A stretch of DNA of 64,000 bases, taken from NCBI RefSeq assembly GCF_009914755.1, contig NC_060948.1, one strand, 5' to 3'. Below are positions 1 to 14,500 of this stretch, piece by piece; positions within the stretch are counted from its first letter, which is position 1, and every line of letters starts with the position of its first letter. The notes below the pieces were generated by a model. It was not told where the DNA came from, ran no database searches, and saw nothing but the letters and a program-made list of their open reading frames with translations. The translations under genes and the position numbers were made by a program. The stretch is from the human T2T-CHM13v2.0 reference genome, Homo sapiens.

Positions 1-630
1 TGATTCTGGCCTCATAGAACAAGTTGGGGAAGACCCCCTCCTCCTCTATTTCTTGAAATAGTATCAGTAGGACTGGTTCTGGCTCTCCTTTGTACATCTG
101 TTAAAATTTGTTAATCTACCAGGTCCTGGGCTTTTTCGGGGGGTTGGTAGGCTATTTATTACAGATTCAATTTTTGGAGCTCATAATTGGTCTATTCAGA
201 GACTGAATTTCTTCCTGGTTCAGTCTTGAGGAGTATATGTGTCCAGGAATTTATTAATCTCTTCTAGGGTTTCTAGTTTGTGTGTATAGAGGTGCTCGTA
301 GTAGTTGCTGGTTGTTATTTTTATTTCCCTGGGGTCAGTGGTAACATTCCCTTCATCATTTCTAATTTTGTTTATTTGAATCTTCTCTCTTTTCTTCTTT
401 ATTAGTCTAGCTAGTGCCCTATCTATCTTATTAATTTTTTCAAAAAACCTTGATTAAGTGATCTCTTGAACAGTTTTTCATGTCTCAATTTCTTTCAATT
501 CAGCTCTGGTTTTAGTTATTTCTTGTCTTCTATAAGCTTTGTGGTTGAGTTCTTCTTGTTTCTCTAATTCTTTCAGTTGTGGTGTTAGGTTGTTAATTTG
601 AGATATTTCTAATTTTTTGATATGGGCATT
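1..630 (-). mobile_element. L1 ORF2 internal fragment (older primate L1)
   Basis: Antisense L1 ORF2 motifs (tggcctcatagaac..., ttggtctattcagag..., tcagctctggttttagttatttcttgtcttc); parallels L1 sequence at ~12.6-13.2 kb. Confidence 0.85.
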
Positions 631-1689
631 ACTTCTTATGCCCCACTCTAACTTTTGTCCTTCTAGAAAACTCAGAACTATGCCTTCTAAACCAATTGAA
701 ACTTTCTCAGTGAATCAACCTGTTCTTCCTGAGGCAAAGTTAGCAATTTTCCGTTACACATGGTTCTTTCTCTGTAAGAATATCTAATGCAACAATGCAA
801 GTGTTTCTTTCCCTCCTGGTAATGTGGGGAACTCCTTTTAGCTAAGACCAAGACTTAAAACCTTGTTCTTTCAACATTAATGAAGATCTATTTAGAAAGC
901 CTCCATTTTTACAGAAAAGATATATAAACACCAATGAAAATGAATATGAAATTATATGACACAATTACATTGTGGAAAGACTGAATAAATAAGTGAACTA
1001 AGCTCTAAGAAAAAATATGATGATATAAAAAGATATAGAAGTAAAAACCTGGGCTGGTATAGCATAATTAATGTATCAGTAAAGTATGTACAGTGTAGAA
1101 GTGGCAGAAAGACAGCATAGAGAGTAAGACCTGACCAAAAGCTTTAAGAAAAGTTCTATACCCTTAAACGAGATTAAAGTGGACTCAGGAAAACATGGGA
1201 CACATGAGGGAAAGGACACATGCTCCAGATGGGCCAAAGCTCAGAGCATCTCTACCTTCTCCAGGAGGAAAGGGGAGGCAAAGCAGCAGGCAGAAGACAG
1301 CACAGCCAGGTCAGCACAGGGCGAAGCCAGGTGGGCTCCATCATACAGGTAGTGAGGAGCCACTGCCAGGTGGGCTTTATTCATTAGTTGGTTTTGTTTC
1401 CTTTAGTAACAAAGAGACATGATCAAAGTTGACCTTTGTAAGTGTTGCTGCAGCTGAACAAAAAGATGGATAAAACCAGTGTTTTAAAAATTATGTTGTA
1501 TACAGCACTAGCCTCAGTGAGTTATTAGTAGAACACACAGGTACACACATGCACACACATTCACACTGAGCCCAGATTATTCTGGCAAATTCTGGGTTAA
1601 GCTAACTAAAAGAAACATCTTTAGTTCTGGACTTCTCAGAACCTGGAATGCGGCTATATGACTCATAAAACAGCAAGGTTAAGACAGAG

Positions 1690-1870
1690 CATGTCATTTT
1701 TTCCAGAATTGTTGAAACATTTTCCTTCCCTTGGCATCAGTGTCACCTTCTTTCTCCTGGTTCTCCATCAACCTCTTTGGCTGCTCCTTCTTGATTTCCT
1801 TTTTCACGATCTGCTGCTGCTCAGCCATTCTCTTTTCATTCCCCATGGATTTCTCAAGTGTGTTTCTATT
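1690..1870 (+). mobile_element. L2 reverse-transcriptase-region fragment
   Basis: Translations ELLKHFPSLGI and SWFSINLFGCSFLISF resemble the L2/CR1 RT motif LL..L.SLG...LSWFSSYL.GRSFSV. Confidence 0.55.
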
Positions 1871-2924
1871 CCTGCATTTTAAACTTTCCTTGTTTTTCCT
1901 GACACTTCTCCTTGTCTGACCCTCCCCTGTTCTAAGGCAGGTGTTCCATCTGTGTGTGCTTTTGGCATCCTGGGATGCTCCCAGCATGTTCCCTGACACA
2001 CTCCATCAGGTTTTCTCTGCAGACTCTGTGAGAGCAGCAGCCTTGTTTCCACCGATCCTTCAATGCTCAGCACATAACACAGAAGCTGACTCCATAACAT
2101 TTAGTTGGCCAACTGAGACTAAATGTATGTTCCTCTAGATCTTAAAGAGTTACAAAAACATAGCACAATAGTCAAAACAATTCTCTTTAGTCAGGAGTTC
2201 TCTATATATGTACGACAGTTTGAAGTCATTATTAAAGCAAAGTGAAAGAGAAACTGTCACAGAATTCCCTAAGATAAATTATTTTGCTTTAATCTTCAAT
2301 TCATCATGTGAGATAATCAAGACCAAGTGTTATTGTAAATATTTCTTACAACACAATTAACTGATTTTTATTGTTTGAAATAACCACAAAATAAATCAGT
2401 CAATTAAAAATTGCATAAATAATCATTTCAAATAAAATTCTGCCTAAATTTTACTCATATGTTCAAATGATAATGAGCTCATAGGTGTTTCCAATACCTC
2501 AGTCAAAACATTGTACTGATTCCAGCTGTGGGAATAGTATCTGCAAGTTATTTTACAGATGGGGAAAAGGTACTTATGTGACATTGGCCTTTGCACTACT
2601 ATGCACTTTTGGGTCAGGAAAAAGCTGTTCCCTTAAAATCCTAAAATCTCTTCTCTCAGGTCTGAATGTGGATGGGAAACAAAGTTTTACAAATTTTAGC
2701 CACAGATGTTTTATTCCTTGCTTAAAGCAGTGACTAGATAAAGGCCCCTTGAAGAGCCTCCAATGATTCTTTAGAAGCGTGTGCCTGCGAATATCTTCCT
2801 GAAACACTCCCTTGTCTCTGCCCAAAATCACCTTAGGTAGGAAAATCAAAACTCAGCAGTCTGAGGAGATCCAAGGGGATCATTGAGCTCTGAGTCTTAT
2901 GAGAGAAGAGAGAGAGTTCTAAGA

Positions 2925-3448
2925 CTGTTTGTGTATAAATGTATGGGTTCCAAGTGCAATTTTGCTGTAAGCATGGATGGCATAGTGGTGAACTCAGGGC
3001 TTTTAGGTATCCATCACCAGAATAATGCACATTGTACCCATTAAGTAATTTCTCACTGTTCACCCCTTCCATCCCCTCACCCTCCTGAGTCTCCATTATT
3101 CCACTCTCTACATCAATATCTACACATCTTTTAGCACCTGCTAATGAGTGATAAAATATGATGTTTACTCTGTGTCTGGCTTGCCTCACTTACAAAAATG
3201 GCCTCCAGTTTCATCCATGTGTCTGCAAAAAAGTTATGATTCTATTGTTTTTTATGCCTGAGTAGTATTTCATTGTGTATATTTTCTACATTTTCTTTCT
3301 CCAATCATTTGTTGATGGACATTTAGGTTGATTTTATATCTGTGCTACTGTGAATAGTATTGCAACAAATACACAAGTATAGTTATCTTTCTGATAGATT
3401 GATTTCTTTTCCTTTGCATAAATACTCAGTGGTGGGATTGCTGAATCA
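2925..3448 (-). mobile_element. L1 3' end fragment (L1PB/L1MA-type)
   Basis: Antisense L1 3'UTR/ORF2 end: acattgtacccattaagtaatttctc ... gttgatggacatttaggttgatt ... gggattgctgaatca. Confidence 0.85.
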
Positions 3449-3699
3449 GACAGAGCCAATGGATGATCAGTAATGGTGGCCAATCATCAGCTAGAAACAA
3501 AGAACTTAGCAGGGCTTGAAAACACCAAAACTCTGAGACCACTGACCTTCAAAAACTTCAACAGCCCTGAGTGAAAAGTCCAAACACATTTATCTACCAT
3601 TCAAAGATGCTTTATTGTCTGTCCTCTGTGCATCTCAGTAGCCTCTTTTTACCACACTGTCTCTATACTGCATGAGCCATTTATATGAAACTATCTGAC

Positions 3700-3797
3700 T
3701 CTCCATGGCATCTTATACCATGTATTCAACCATGTATCCCTAGTACCTAGCACAGTCTTGGTATATAGTTTGCTACTAAACTTTTGCAGAATGAAGG
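3700..3797 (+). mobile_element. L2 3' end fragment (similar remnants at ~5030-5130 and ~5240-5330)
   Basis: gtatccctagtacctagcacagt...ttttgcagaatgaa resembles the L2 3' terminus. Confidence 0.5.
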
Positions 3798-4015
3798 AAT
3801 TATCTTGTATCGAGGTTCCAAGTTTTAAGGTGATTCTTCACTAAGAAAAAGTATTACAGTTCACAAATAATCTACTTCCCTTTTTACAGATGGGATCAAT
3901 TTTAATCTTATCTCCTAATAACATTACTTTCATTTATTCTGATCTAAATATTCTGTCCTAAGAGAGCAATAAGAAAGAGAGTTGAAGCTGGAGTTTGAAG
4001 AATTGTACATGGTTC

Positions 4016-4544
4016 TATGATACCTTACCTTGTTTTAACCTGAGTGACTCTCCCCTAGCAGAGAGAGAGCCAGACAGACTCTATTTTAGTTTCTTCACGT
4101 GCAACCCCCTTTACCTCCCTCCCTTAAGGGCATAACTAGTGTAAACTGACTCAAAGCACATCCAGGAATGCACATACTGATAAGATATTGAGGCAAGCTG
4201 CACCAGCAGCTCCTAGGGACGTGCTTGGTGAATGTCACCCAAAACCCCTGCATTTCTCTCTTTGTGATAGTTTAAGTCCCTGCACCTGGAACTGTTTCTT
4301 TGTTGTGTAACTGCTTTTGTAACCAATTAATTTTTTAACTATTTGCCAGCTCTGCTTCAGTAAAAATTGTTTCAGTTAAACTCCCCCCTCCCCTATTTAG
4401 ACCACGGAATAAAAACAAAATCAGCCCCTTCCTCGGGGCCAAGAGAATTTTCAGCGTTAGCTGCCTCTCCGTCGCTGGCTAATAAAGGATTCCTTAATTT
4501 GTCTCAAAGTGTGGCGTTCCTCTATAACTCGCTTGGTTACAACA
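4016..4544 (+). mobile_element. ERV1 solo LTR, LTR10-like (HERV-I group)
   Basis: ~530 bp ending ...ggttacaaca, AATAAA ~60 nt before the end, imperfect 4-bp TSD gttc/gtcc; resembles recalled LTR10C consensus. Confidence 0.7.
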
Positions 4545-6308
4545 GTCCACACTGTGGCCTGAGGTGCATCGCCCACCTGAGCTTCATCTGTTATCTATGT
4601 CAGGGAAGATAAGCAGGGTGAGAGTGGCCTCATCAGAAGACCCAAGATCTCTGGCTTCCCCATCTGGCAAGTGCACCTCTGTGAACAAAGACTTCAGAGC
4701 CAGATGACAAGAATGGCCCAAGCAGTCCACCAGGGAAACTTGGGCCCAGTGTACATCAATGCAGAGCGTCAAGCATGGCATAACAGGTGGACAGTTGCCT
4801 ATTCCTGTTCAGAGATGACTGCATCCCACACACTGTAAAATGAAGAAATGCAGAGAAGCAGATGTAACTGAAGCAGACAGCAGGAACAACAAGGAAGGAC
4901 AACCACGACCTAGGAGGGCACCATGCCAGAGATGCCTGGACCCTATGCTAGGCTCAGTGCCTGTTATACTCTTGGGATCCAGCGCTTTCCCTCTCCATCA
5001 CAATGCATACTTGGCATTATTTGTTGTTTAAAATATTTTCCTTAGTTTTCACCTTTCCTAGGAGACACAGGCAGACCCTGTGACACTACAGCTTCTGGCA
5101 CACAGTAGGTGCATCACAAACATCTGTTGAGTTCACACACTCTTGCCTTCTCAAACCTTTTTGTCAAGTCTTCAGTGAAAAGGAATTGCTGATTGAGCAA
5201 GAATTAAACTTCTAGAGACTTCTGGATCCACTGAAGTTTAAGACAAGGTGAGATTTGTTTACTGCCATATTCCTAGCTCATAGCATACTGTAGTCACTTA
5301 AAAAATGTTTGTTGAATCAGTGACTGAATTGATTCATACGTCATACTTAGCTATATATTTTCTGAGTAAAATTGATGAATTTAATGGTTTAATTCTAGTA
5401 TAATTTTACTTTCCTTATTCAACGAACCTGACAATTCAACTTGGTGCCAAGCACACGGCTGCTGAAGTAAAGGAGGTATAAGATACAATTTCTGTCTACA
5501 AGAAAGCCACAATCTAAAAAGTAGAAACATATGAACAAATTATAATAATAAATAGGCTACATTCAAAATCAGAGGGGTCTGTTTCTATTTTAAACAGCTC
5601 TAGTCAGGAAGTGTTAGAAAGTTCTAAACAGGAAATGTTCCAACACACCATCCAAGCATGAAGCAGGAGACACCTATAATTGAGCTTGCTGCCACCAACC
5701 CCAACAGCAAGAATTCCAGTCCTGCTGCTGCAAAGTAAGTGTCACTCTGATTTTATTACTGCTGTGTAACCCAGTTTTAGACTCTCTGGTTCTCACTTAA
5801 TGTTCTAAATAAGTATTAAAGAGAAAATATTATTATGGTTTGAGCCCATCCACGGCAGACATCATAACATCATACTAGTTATAAGGCCTATCATTTAAAA
5901 GGAAAATTGTTAGCTTAACTTATTTATCCAAATATCAGTATTAGATAAACATCAGACTTTGTCATCAGACTTTGGATTTATGGGTTAAATAGCATACAAA
6001 TATGATTAGAGCCTTAAAGTTTACACTTCTCTGGTTTGCTCAAATTTTTTTCAAAATAGCATATGCCTTTCTAAAAAATTGTTAGTATATTTTTAAAAAT
6101 GAACATAAAAATATATATTTTCTCAAAACAAAATACAGCTCCCATTGGCAAATGATGATGTTGAAATACAACAGACAACTTCTCTTGGGAACCATTTAAT
6201 CAGTGCTCACTTTTGCACTCTTTCCAGAAATGTCAATGGCTTTAAAATGTAGAAGTATATTATACAACTAAACTTACACTTATTCAGTATTGTGCAATAT
6301 TTAGTACT

Positions 6309-6854
6309 TGTTCTAGCTATCTCTTGCTCAATAGTAAGCCATTCCAAAACTTAAGGAATTATTTATTGTTTAATTGTTTCTTGTTATTATTTGTTTAGTG
6401 ATTTTAAATAATGCTGTTTCTCGTGGTTTTGTGGGTTGATGGGCACTACAAAAGTTCTCTTTTGGAGTCTTTCTTGCGGTTGCAGTTGGTTGGCTGCTGC
6501 TGAACTCACCTGAAAGCTCAACTAGGCTAAAGAGCCTAGACAGGTCACTCATATGGCTGGCAGTGCATATTGGCTGCTGAGTGTGATGCCTATCTGACCT
6601 CTCTATGTTATCTGGAGTGCTCACAACGTGGTAGTTGGTCCCAAGACACACAGGCAAATACTACAAAGCTTCTTAGGACCTAGCCTTGGAGGTCCTAGAA
6701 TACAACTTCTGCTCCATCCTATTGATAAAGCAAGTCAGTGTGACCAGCACAGATTCAAGAAATGGGAGATTTGACTCTGTCAATGTAAAGAGCAGCATGT
6801 GCATGTAAGGAGGAAAGAAATTGAGGGCATCATCTTGAAGGCTATCATATCACA
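6309..6854 (-). mobile_element. MLT1-family (ERVL-MaLR) solo LTR
   Basis: Antisense MLT1 motifs: ccaaaacttaag..., acttctgctccatcctattg...cagattcaag. Confidence 0.65.
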
Positions 6855-7530
6855 CCATTATTCCAACTAATGAAAATTATGCATTAGATGGGCAGTCTTA
6901 GCTACTCATCTCTCCCCCAGAAACCCAAGCTAAGCACGGATATATTGAAGAGAATGTCAGCACCATTAAACAAACTCTAGAAAAATAACATGTGATGACT
7001 GAGGTTAATTCAGTCTGTCAATTACATCAATATAATTCCCTTCTTTTAACCCTAAATATGGTGAAGAAGAATTGAATTCTACAAAAGTCTTTCATCCGTT
7101 TTCCTATGGAATAATTAACAAACCCAATAAATGTATAAATAGTATGAAGCCCAATTTATTTTAGATTTTTACCTCTTAATTTCAAAGCTTATAGAAATCC
7201 AGAGAACTAATCATCATAATCCATAGTGCCTGGACCAGAAGTCTTTGTTCTAAGAGTATCTTCTGACATGCTAAAAATGTATTACTAACTAGGAAATTTA
7301 AAACTTTTTGGTTAGTGATTTTAAGAGAGGTGACTAACTCATCACCACAATTCACACAGATTAAGAATGGAGATTACTCTGCTGAGTGGATTCATAGTGA
7401 TCAGAAAAAAAATCACAAAAGAGGAAAAGAGATAGAGAAGGGGAAACATACTGTCAATCCCTTCAATTAAAGTGATTTTTCAAATGGTTTGATCTTATAT
7501 TTGCAAAGGAAATGCAGCTTATTGTGATAG

Positions 7531-7866
<336 letters not shown>

Positions 7867-8675
7867 GTCTTCTTTTGAGAAATGTCTCCTTATGTCCCTT
7901 GTCAATGTTTTAATGGGGTTGTTTTCTTAATGTTCAACATCACTAATCATCAGAGAAATGCAAATCAATGTGAGATACCATCTGATATTAGTCAGAATGG
8001 CTACTATTAAAAAGTAAAAAAAAGACATTCTGTTTAGACTTCAGGGAAAATGAAATGTTTATACACTGTTGGTGAGAATGTAAATTAGTTCAGCCACTGT
8101 GAAAAGCAGTCTGGAGATTTTTCAAAGAATTTAAAACAGAAGTACCATTCAACCAGCAATTCCATTACTGAGTATATATCCAAAAGAAAATTTAAAATTC
8201 TACAAAAAGAAACCCCACATCCACTTGTATATGCATCATTTTGCTATTCACAATAGGGAAGGCATGGAATTAACTTATCTGTGAATCAATAAATTGGTTA
8301 GAAATATGTGTCACATATACACCATAAAATTCTATGCACACATTAAAAAGAATACAATTGTGTCCTGTGCAGCAACATGCATACTTCTGGAGGCCATTAT
8401 CCTAGGGAAATTAATACAGGAACAGAAAACCAAATACCACATGTTCTTGCCTATAAGTAGGATCTAAACATGGGGTACTCATGAATACAAAGACACCAAC
8501 AATAGACACTGAAAACTGCTAGATGAAGAAGGGAAGGAGGAGGGCAGGGGGTGAGAAACTATGAGTGTTATGCTTACTGCGTAGGTGATGGGATCAGTAA
8601 TATCCCACATTGCTCAGCATCACACAATATATCCATGTAACAAACCTGCAAATATACTCCCTGAATCTAAAAAAT
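7867..8675 (+). mobile_element. L1 3' end with short inverted 5' segment (7867-~7930 antisense)
   Basis: gtcttcttttgagaaatgtc (antisense) abuts sense caacatcactaatcatcagagaaatgcaaatc... through 3'UTR atgtaacaaacctgca. Confidence 0.8.
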
Positions 8676-11577
8676 TTAAGGCAGAGACAGAATAAGAGGG
8701 CAGAATAGAGGCCTACATTCCCATCCACCACACAAAAACACCAAATTTTCACAACTCACTACATTCACGAATCAATGTCAAAGGGACCAAAAATTGGGTG
8801 AGCAATCCCAGTACCTGGTATTAACTTCAAATCACTGAAACAGACATTGGAGAAGACAAACAAATAAGAGACAGTCTAGAAGCACGGATGCTACCTCTTT
8901 TTCAACCACCAGTAGTGACTACATGGTGCCGAGATACTATGTTTGGGAGAGGGAGAGCATAGTTCGTGAGGCTTTGCAAAAAATTCAGTACTACCCCCTC
9001 ACAGTGAAAAGCAGAACCAGGCTGTACTCAGCTGACATTTGCCAATGGTGGGAGCACTTGTATTGGCCTTAGAAAGAGGAAAACCTCCCATCCTAGTGTT
9101 GGGAGCTTGAGTTTTTACAAGTCTTGCCATCATGAGTTGAAGTGCTATTGGACTCTAGGAGAACTTAAGGGGCAGTCTAGGCCACAAGGACTTCAATTAT
9201 TAGGCAAGTCATATTCCGAGCTGGGCTCAGAGCCAGTGGAATGTGGAGGGTGGGGAAAATGGGGTCTACTGAGACAGCAGCCAGAGCTAAGGGAGTGCTC
9301 ACAACACCAATCCTCCACTCCCACCTAGCAGCAGCCACACAACACAGAGAAACCAGTGAATTTGGGAGAGGGAGGGCACAGTGACTGGAGGACATTACAT
9401 TAAACTCAGTGCTGCCATGTCAGTAAAGACCTGGCAGAATTCATCACCTGCTGACTAAAGAACCCCTGTACCCAGAATAAAAAACAGTGACAACCAGGTA
9501 ATACACCATGGGCATTGGGCTCTGAGAAGCGCTAACTTCAGGTGTGACCCAGTACATTTCCAGCTGTGGTAGCTATGGTGAAAGACTTCTGTTTGAGAAA
9601 AGCAGGGGGGAAAGTAAAGGGACCTCTGCATTGCACATGATATGCCAGCTCAACCACAGTGGGGTAGAGCACCAAGCAGATTCTTAGAGTCCCTGAGTCC
9701 AGGCCTAGGGTCTTCTTGGTCAACATCTCTGCCCTTGCCCTGGGCCAAAGGTTGAGTCTCAGGCATTGCAGAATTTATCACAAGCTAATTAAAGAGTCCT
9801 TGTGCTTTAATTGAGAAAGTGATGATGATTTGGTGGAAATCCCCCATGAGCCAGTAGTGTTGGCAGTCATAAAAGAGGCTCTTCTGCCTGCAGACCGGGG
9901 AAGAAAGAGTAGAAAATACTTTGTCTTATTCCCAAAGTGCCAGGTTTGCTACAGTAAAATAGAAGAGAAGGTAAATTTTGAAGATTCTATGCTTTAATCT
10001 CTGGCTCCCAAGTAGCATCTGTGGACCCAATCATGGCTAGGTGAAATTGCCACCCTATAGGCAGAGACACAAACCTGGCTGGCTTTGCCACCTATTAATC
10101 ACAGAGTCCTAGGGCTTTGAATAAACTTATATGGTAGCCAAGTAGTGGTTGCAGTGGGCCTTGCATGAGACCAAGTTCTGTGCCTACTTCAGGTGTGAAC
10201 CAGCACAGTCTCAGTGGTGGTGGCCACAGGAGTGCTTATGTTACCCCAGCCCCAGCTTCACATGTCTCAGCACAGAAAGAGAGACTGATGATTTGAGAGA
10301 CAGTAAGGGAAGAGAACAAGAGTCTCTACTTGATAAATCAAGAGAATTTTTCTTGATGTTAATCCAAGGCTACCAAGGCAGTACCTCTATGTGTTTGCAT
10401 AAACTACCGTGCTATTGGGTTTGGGACCCAAGTTTCTTTGAATACCTGGAAAGTGTTCCCAAAGATAATGGGCACTAACAAACCCAGGCTGTGAAAACTA
10501 CAATAAAGACTGAACTCTTCAATGCCCAGATACAGATGAACATCTACAAGTATCAAGGCCATCCAGGAAAACATGACCTCACCAAACAAGCTAAATAAAG
10601 CATCAGGGACAAATCCTGGAAAAACAGAGATATGTGACTTTTCATACAGGAAATCCAAAATAGCTGGTTGAGGTAATTCAAAGAAATGTACAATATAACA
10701 CAGAGAAGGAATTCAAAATTCTATCAGATAAATTTAACAATGAGATTGAAATAAAAAGAATAAAGCAGAAATTCTGAAGTTAAAATGCTATTGTCATACT
10801 GAAGAATGGATCAGAATTACTTAAAAGAATTGAACAAGGAGAAGATAGATTTAGTGAACTTGAAGTCAGACTATTTAAAAATACAAAGTCAGAGGAGACA
10901 AAAAAGAATAAAAAATAAAGCACGTCTGTAGAATTTAAAAAATAGCCTCAAAATAGCAAATCTAAGAGTTATTGGCCTTAAAGAGGAGGTAGAAAAAGAG
11001 ATGAGTTGAACATTTATTTAAATAAATAATATTAAACAATTCCTCAACATTTGATATCAATATTCGAGTAACAGAAAGTTACAGAACATAAAGCAGATTT
11101 AACCTAAAGAAGCCACCTGAAGTCACGTAACTGAACTCCCAAAGATTAAGGATTAAGAAATGATTCTAAAAGCATCGAGAGAAGAGAAAGAAATAACATT
11201 CAGTGGAACTCCAATACATCTGACAGCAGACTTTTCAGGGGAAAATTTACAGGCTGGGAGACTGGCATGACGTATTAAAAAAGCTAAAGAAAAAAAGACT
11301 TTTACTTTAGAATAATGTATCTGACAAAAACGTCCTTTAATTTGACGGAAAAATAAGAACTTTTCCCGACAGAAAAAAAAAAAAAAACAGGGATTTCATT
11401 AACACCAGACCTGTCCTACAAGAAATGCTAAAGGGATATCTTAACCTAAAAGAAAAAAAGTGAGCAAGAAGAAATCATCTGAAGGTACAGAACTCACTAG
11501 CAATAGCACATGGAAAAACACTGAATATTATAACATGGTAATTATGGGGTGCAAAAATCTCAAATAGAAAGAGTAAA

Positions 11578-14500
11578 CATATGAACTTTAAAGTACTTTT
11601 TTCCAATTCTGTGAAGAAAGACATTTGTAGCTTGATGGGGATGGCATTGAATCTATAAATTACCTTGGGCAGTATGGCCATTTTCACGATATTGATTCTT
11701 CCTACCCATGAGCATGGAATGTTCTTCCATTTGTTTGTATCCTCTTTTATTTCATTGAGCAGTGGTTTGTAACTCTCCCTGAAGAGGTCCTTCACATCCC
11801 TTGTAAGTTGGATTCCTAGGCATTTGATTCTCTCTGAAGCAATCGTGAATGGGAATTCACTCATGATTTGGCTCTCTGTTTGTCTGTTATTGGTGTATAA
11901 GAATGCTTCTGACTTTTTACATTGATTTTGTATCCTGAGCCTTGGCTGAAGTTGCGATTCAGCTTAAGGAGATTTTGGGCTGAGACAATGGGGCTTTCTA
12001 GATATACAATCGTGTCATCTGCAAACAGGGACAATTCGACTTCATCTTTTCCTAATTGAATACCCTTTATTTCCTTCTCCTGCCTGATTGCCCTGGCCAG
12101 AACTTCCAACACTATATTGAATAGGAGAGGTGAGAGAGGGCATCCCTATCTTCTGTCGGTTTTCAAAGAGAATGCTTGCAGTATTTGCCCATTCAGTATG
12201 ACACTGGCTGTGGGTTTGTCATAGATAGCTCTTATTATTTTGAGAAACGTCCCATCAATACCTAATTTATTGAGAGTTTTTAGCATGAATGTTGTTGAAT
12301 TTTGTCAAAGGCCTTTTCTGCATCTATTGAGATAATCACGTGGTTTTTGTCTTTGGTTCTGTTTATATGCTGGATTACATTTATTGATTTGCCTATGTTG
12401 AACCAGTTTGCATCCCAGGGATGAAGCCCACTTGATAATTGTGGATAAGCTTTTTGATGTGCTGCTGGATTCGGGTTGCCAGTATTTTGTTGAGGATTTT
12501 TGCATCAATGTTCATCAAGGATATTGGTCTAAAATTCTCTTTTTGTGTTGTGTCTCTGCCCGGCTTTGCTCTCAGGATGATGCTGGCCTCATAAAGTGAG
12601 TTAGGGAGGATTCCCTCTTTTTCTATTGATTGGAATAGTTTCAGAAGGAATGGTAATAACTCCTCCTTGTACCTCTGGTAGAATTCGGCTGTGAATCCAT
12701 CTGGTCCTAGGCTTTTTTGATTCGTAAGCTATTGATTATTGTCTTAATTTCAGAGCCCGTTATTGGTCTATTCAGAGATTCAACTTCTTCCTTGTTTAGT
12801 CTTGGGAGGGTGCATGTGTTCAGGAATTTATCCATTTCTTCTAGATTTTCTGGTTTATTTGCATAAAGGTTTCTATAGTATTCACTGGTGGTAGTTTGTA
12901 TTCCTGTGGGATCAGTGGTGATATCACCTTTATCATTTTTTATTGCATCTGTTTAAGACTTCTCTGTTTTTTTCTTTATGAGTCTGCTAGCAGTCTATCA
13001 ATTTTGTTGATCTATTCAAAAAACCAGCTCCTGCATTCGTTGACTTTTTGAAGGGGTATTTGTATCTCTATTTCCTTCAGTTCTTCTCTAATTTTAGTTA
13101 TTTCTTGCGTTCTATGAGCTTCTGAATGTGTTTGCTCTTGCTTCTCTAGTTCTCTTAATCGTGATGTTAGGGTGCCGTATTAGATCTTTCCTGCTTTCTC
13201 TTGTGGGCATTTAGTGCTATAAATTTCCCTCTACACACTGCTTTGAATGTGTCCCAAAGATTCTTGTATGTTGTGTCTTTGTTTTCTTTGGTTTCAAAGA
13301 ACATCTTTATTTCTGCCTTCATTTCGTTATATACCCAGTAGTCATTCAGGAGCAGGTTGTTCAGTTTCCATGTAGTCGAGCAGTTTTGAGTGAGTTTCTT
13401 AATCCTGAGTTCTAGTTTGATTGTACTGTGGTCTGAGAGACAGTTTGTTATAATTTCTGCTCTTTTACATTTGCTGAAGAGTGCTTTACTTCCAACTATG
13501 TGGTCGACTTTGGAATAGGTGTAGTGAGGTGCTGAAAAGAATGTATATTCTGTTGATTTGGGCTGGAGAGTTCTGTAGATGTCTATTAGGTCCGCTTGGT
13601 GCAGAGCTGAGTTCAATTCCTGGATATCCTTGTTAACTTTCCTTCTCATTGATCTGTCTAATATTGACAGTGGGTGTTAAACCCCCCTATTATTATTGTG
13701 TGGGAGTCTAAGTCTCTTTGTAGGTCTCTAAGTACTTTCTTTATGAATCTGGGTGCTCCTGTATTGGGTGCATATATATTTAGGATAATTAGCTCTTTTT
13801 GTTGGATTGATCCTTTTACCATTATGTCATGGCCTTCATTGTCTCTTTTGATCTTCACTGGTTTAAAATCTGTTTTATCAGAGACTAGGATTGCAACCCC
13901 TGCCTTTCTTTGTTTTCCATTTGCTTGGTAGATCTTCCTCCATCCCTTTATTTTGAGCCTGTGTGTGTCTCTGCACATGAGATAGGTTTCCTGAACACAG
14001 CACACTGATTGTTCCTGACTCTTTATCCAATTTGACAATCTTTGACTTTTAATTGGAGCATTTAGCCCATTTACATTTGAGGTTGATATTGCTATGTGTG
14101 AAATTTATCCTGTCATTATGATATTAGCTGGTTATTTTGTTCATTGGTTGATGCAGTTTCTTCCTAGCATTGATGGTCTTTACAATTTGGTGTTTTTGCA
14201 GTGGCTGGTACAGGTTGTTCTTTTCCACTTTTAGTGTTTCCTTCAGGAGCTATTTTAGGGCAGGTCTGGTGGTGACAAAATCTCTCAGCATTTGCTTGTC
14301 TGTAAAGGATTTTATTTCTCCTTCACTTACGAAGTTTAGTTTGGCTGTATATGACATTCTGGGTTCAAAATTCTTTTCTTTGAGAATGTTGAATATTGGC
14401 CCCCACTCTTCTGGCTTGTAGAGTTTCTGCCAAGAGATCAGCTGTTACTCTGAAGGGCTTCCCTTTGTGGGTAATCTGACATTTCTCTCTGGCTGCCCTT

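Noticed and set aside
1694-1999. 101-aa lysine/glutamate-rich ORF
   Set aside because: Largely antisense of a pyrimidine-rich L2 remnant; no other coding evidence
6950-7150. 3'UTR-like segment with AATAAA at ~7126
   Set aside because: No linked exon or poly-A tail visible; AATAAA is common in AT-rich DNA
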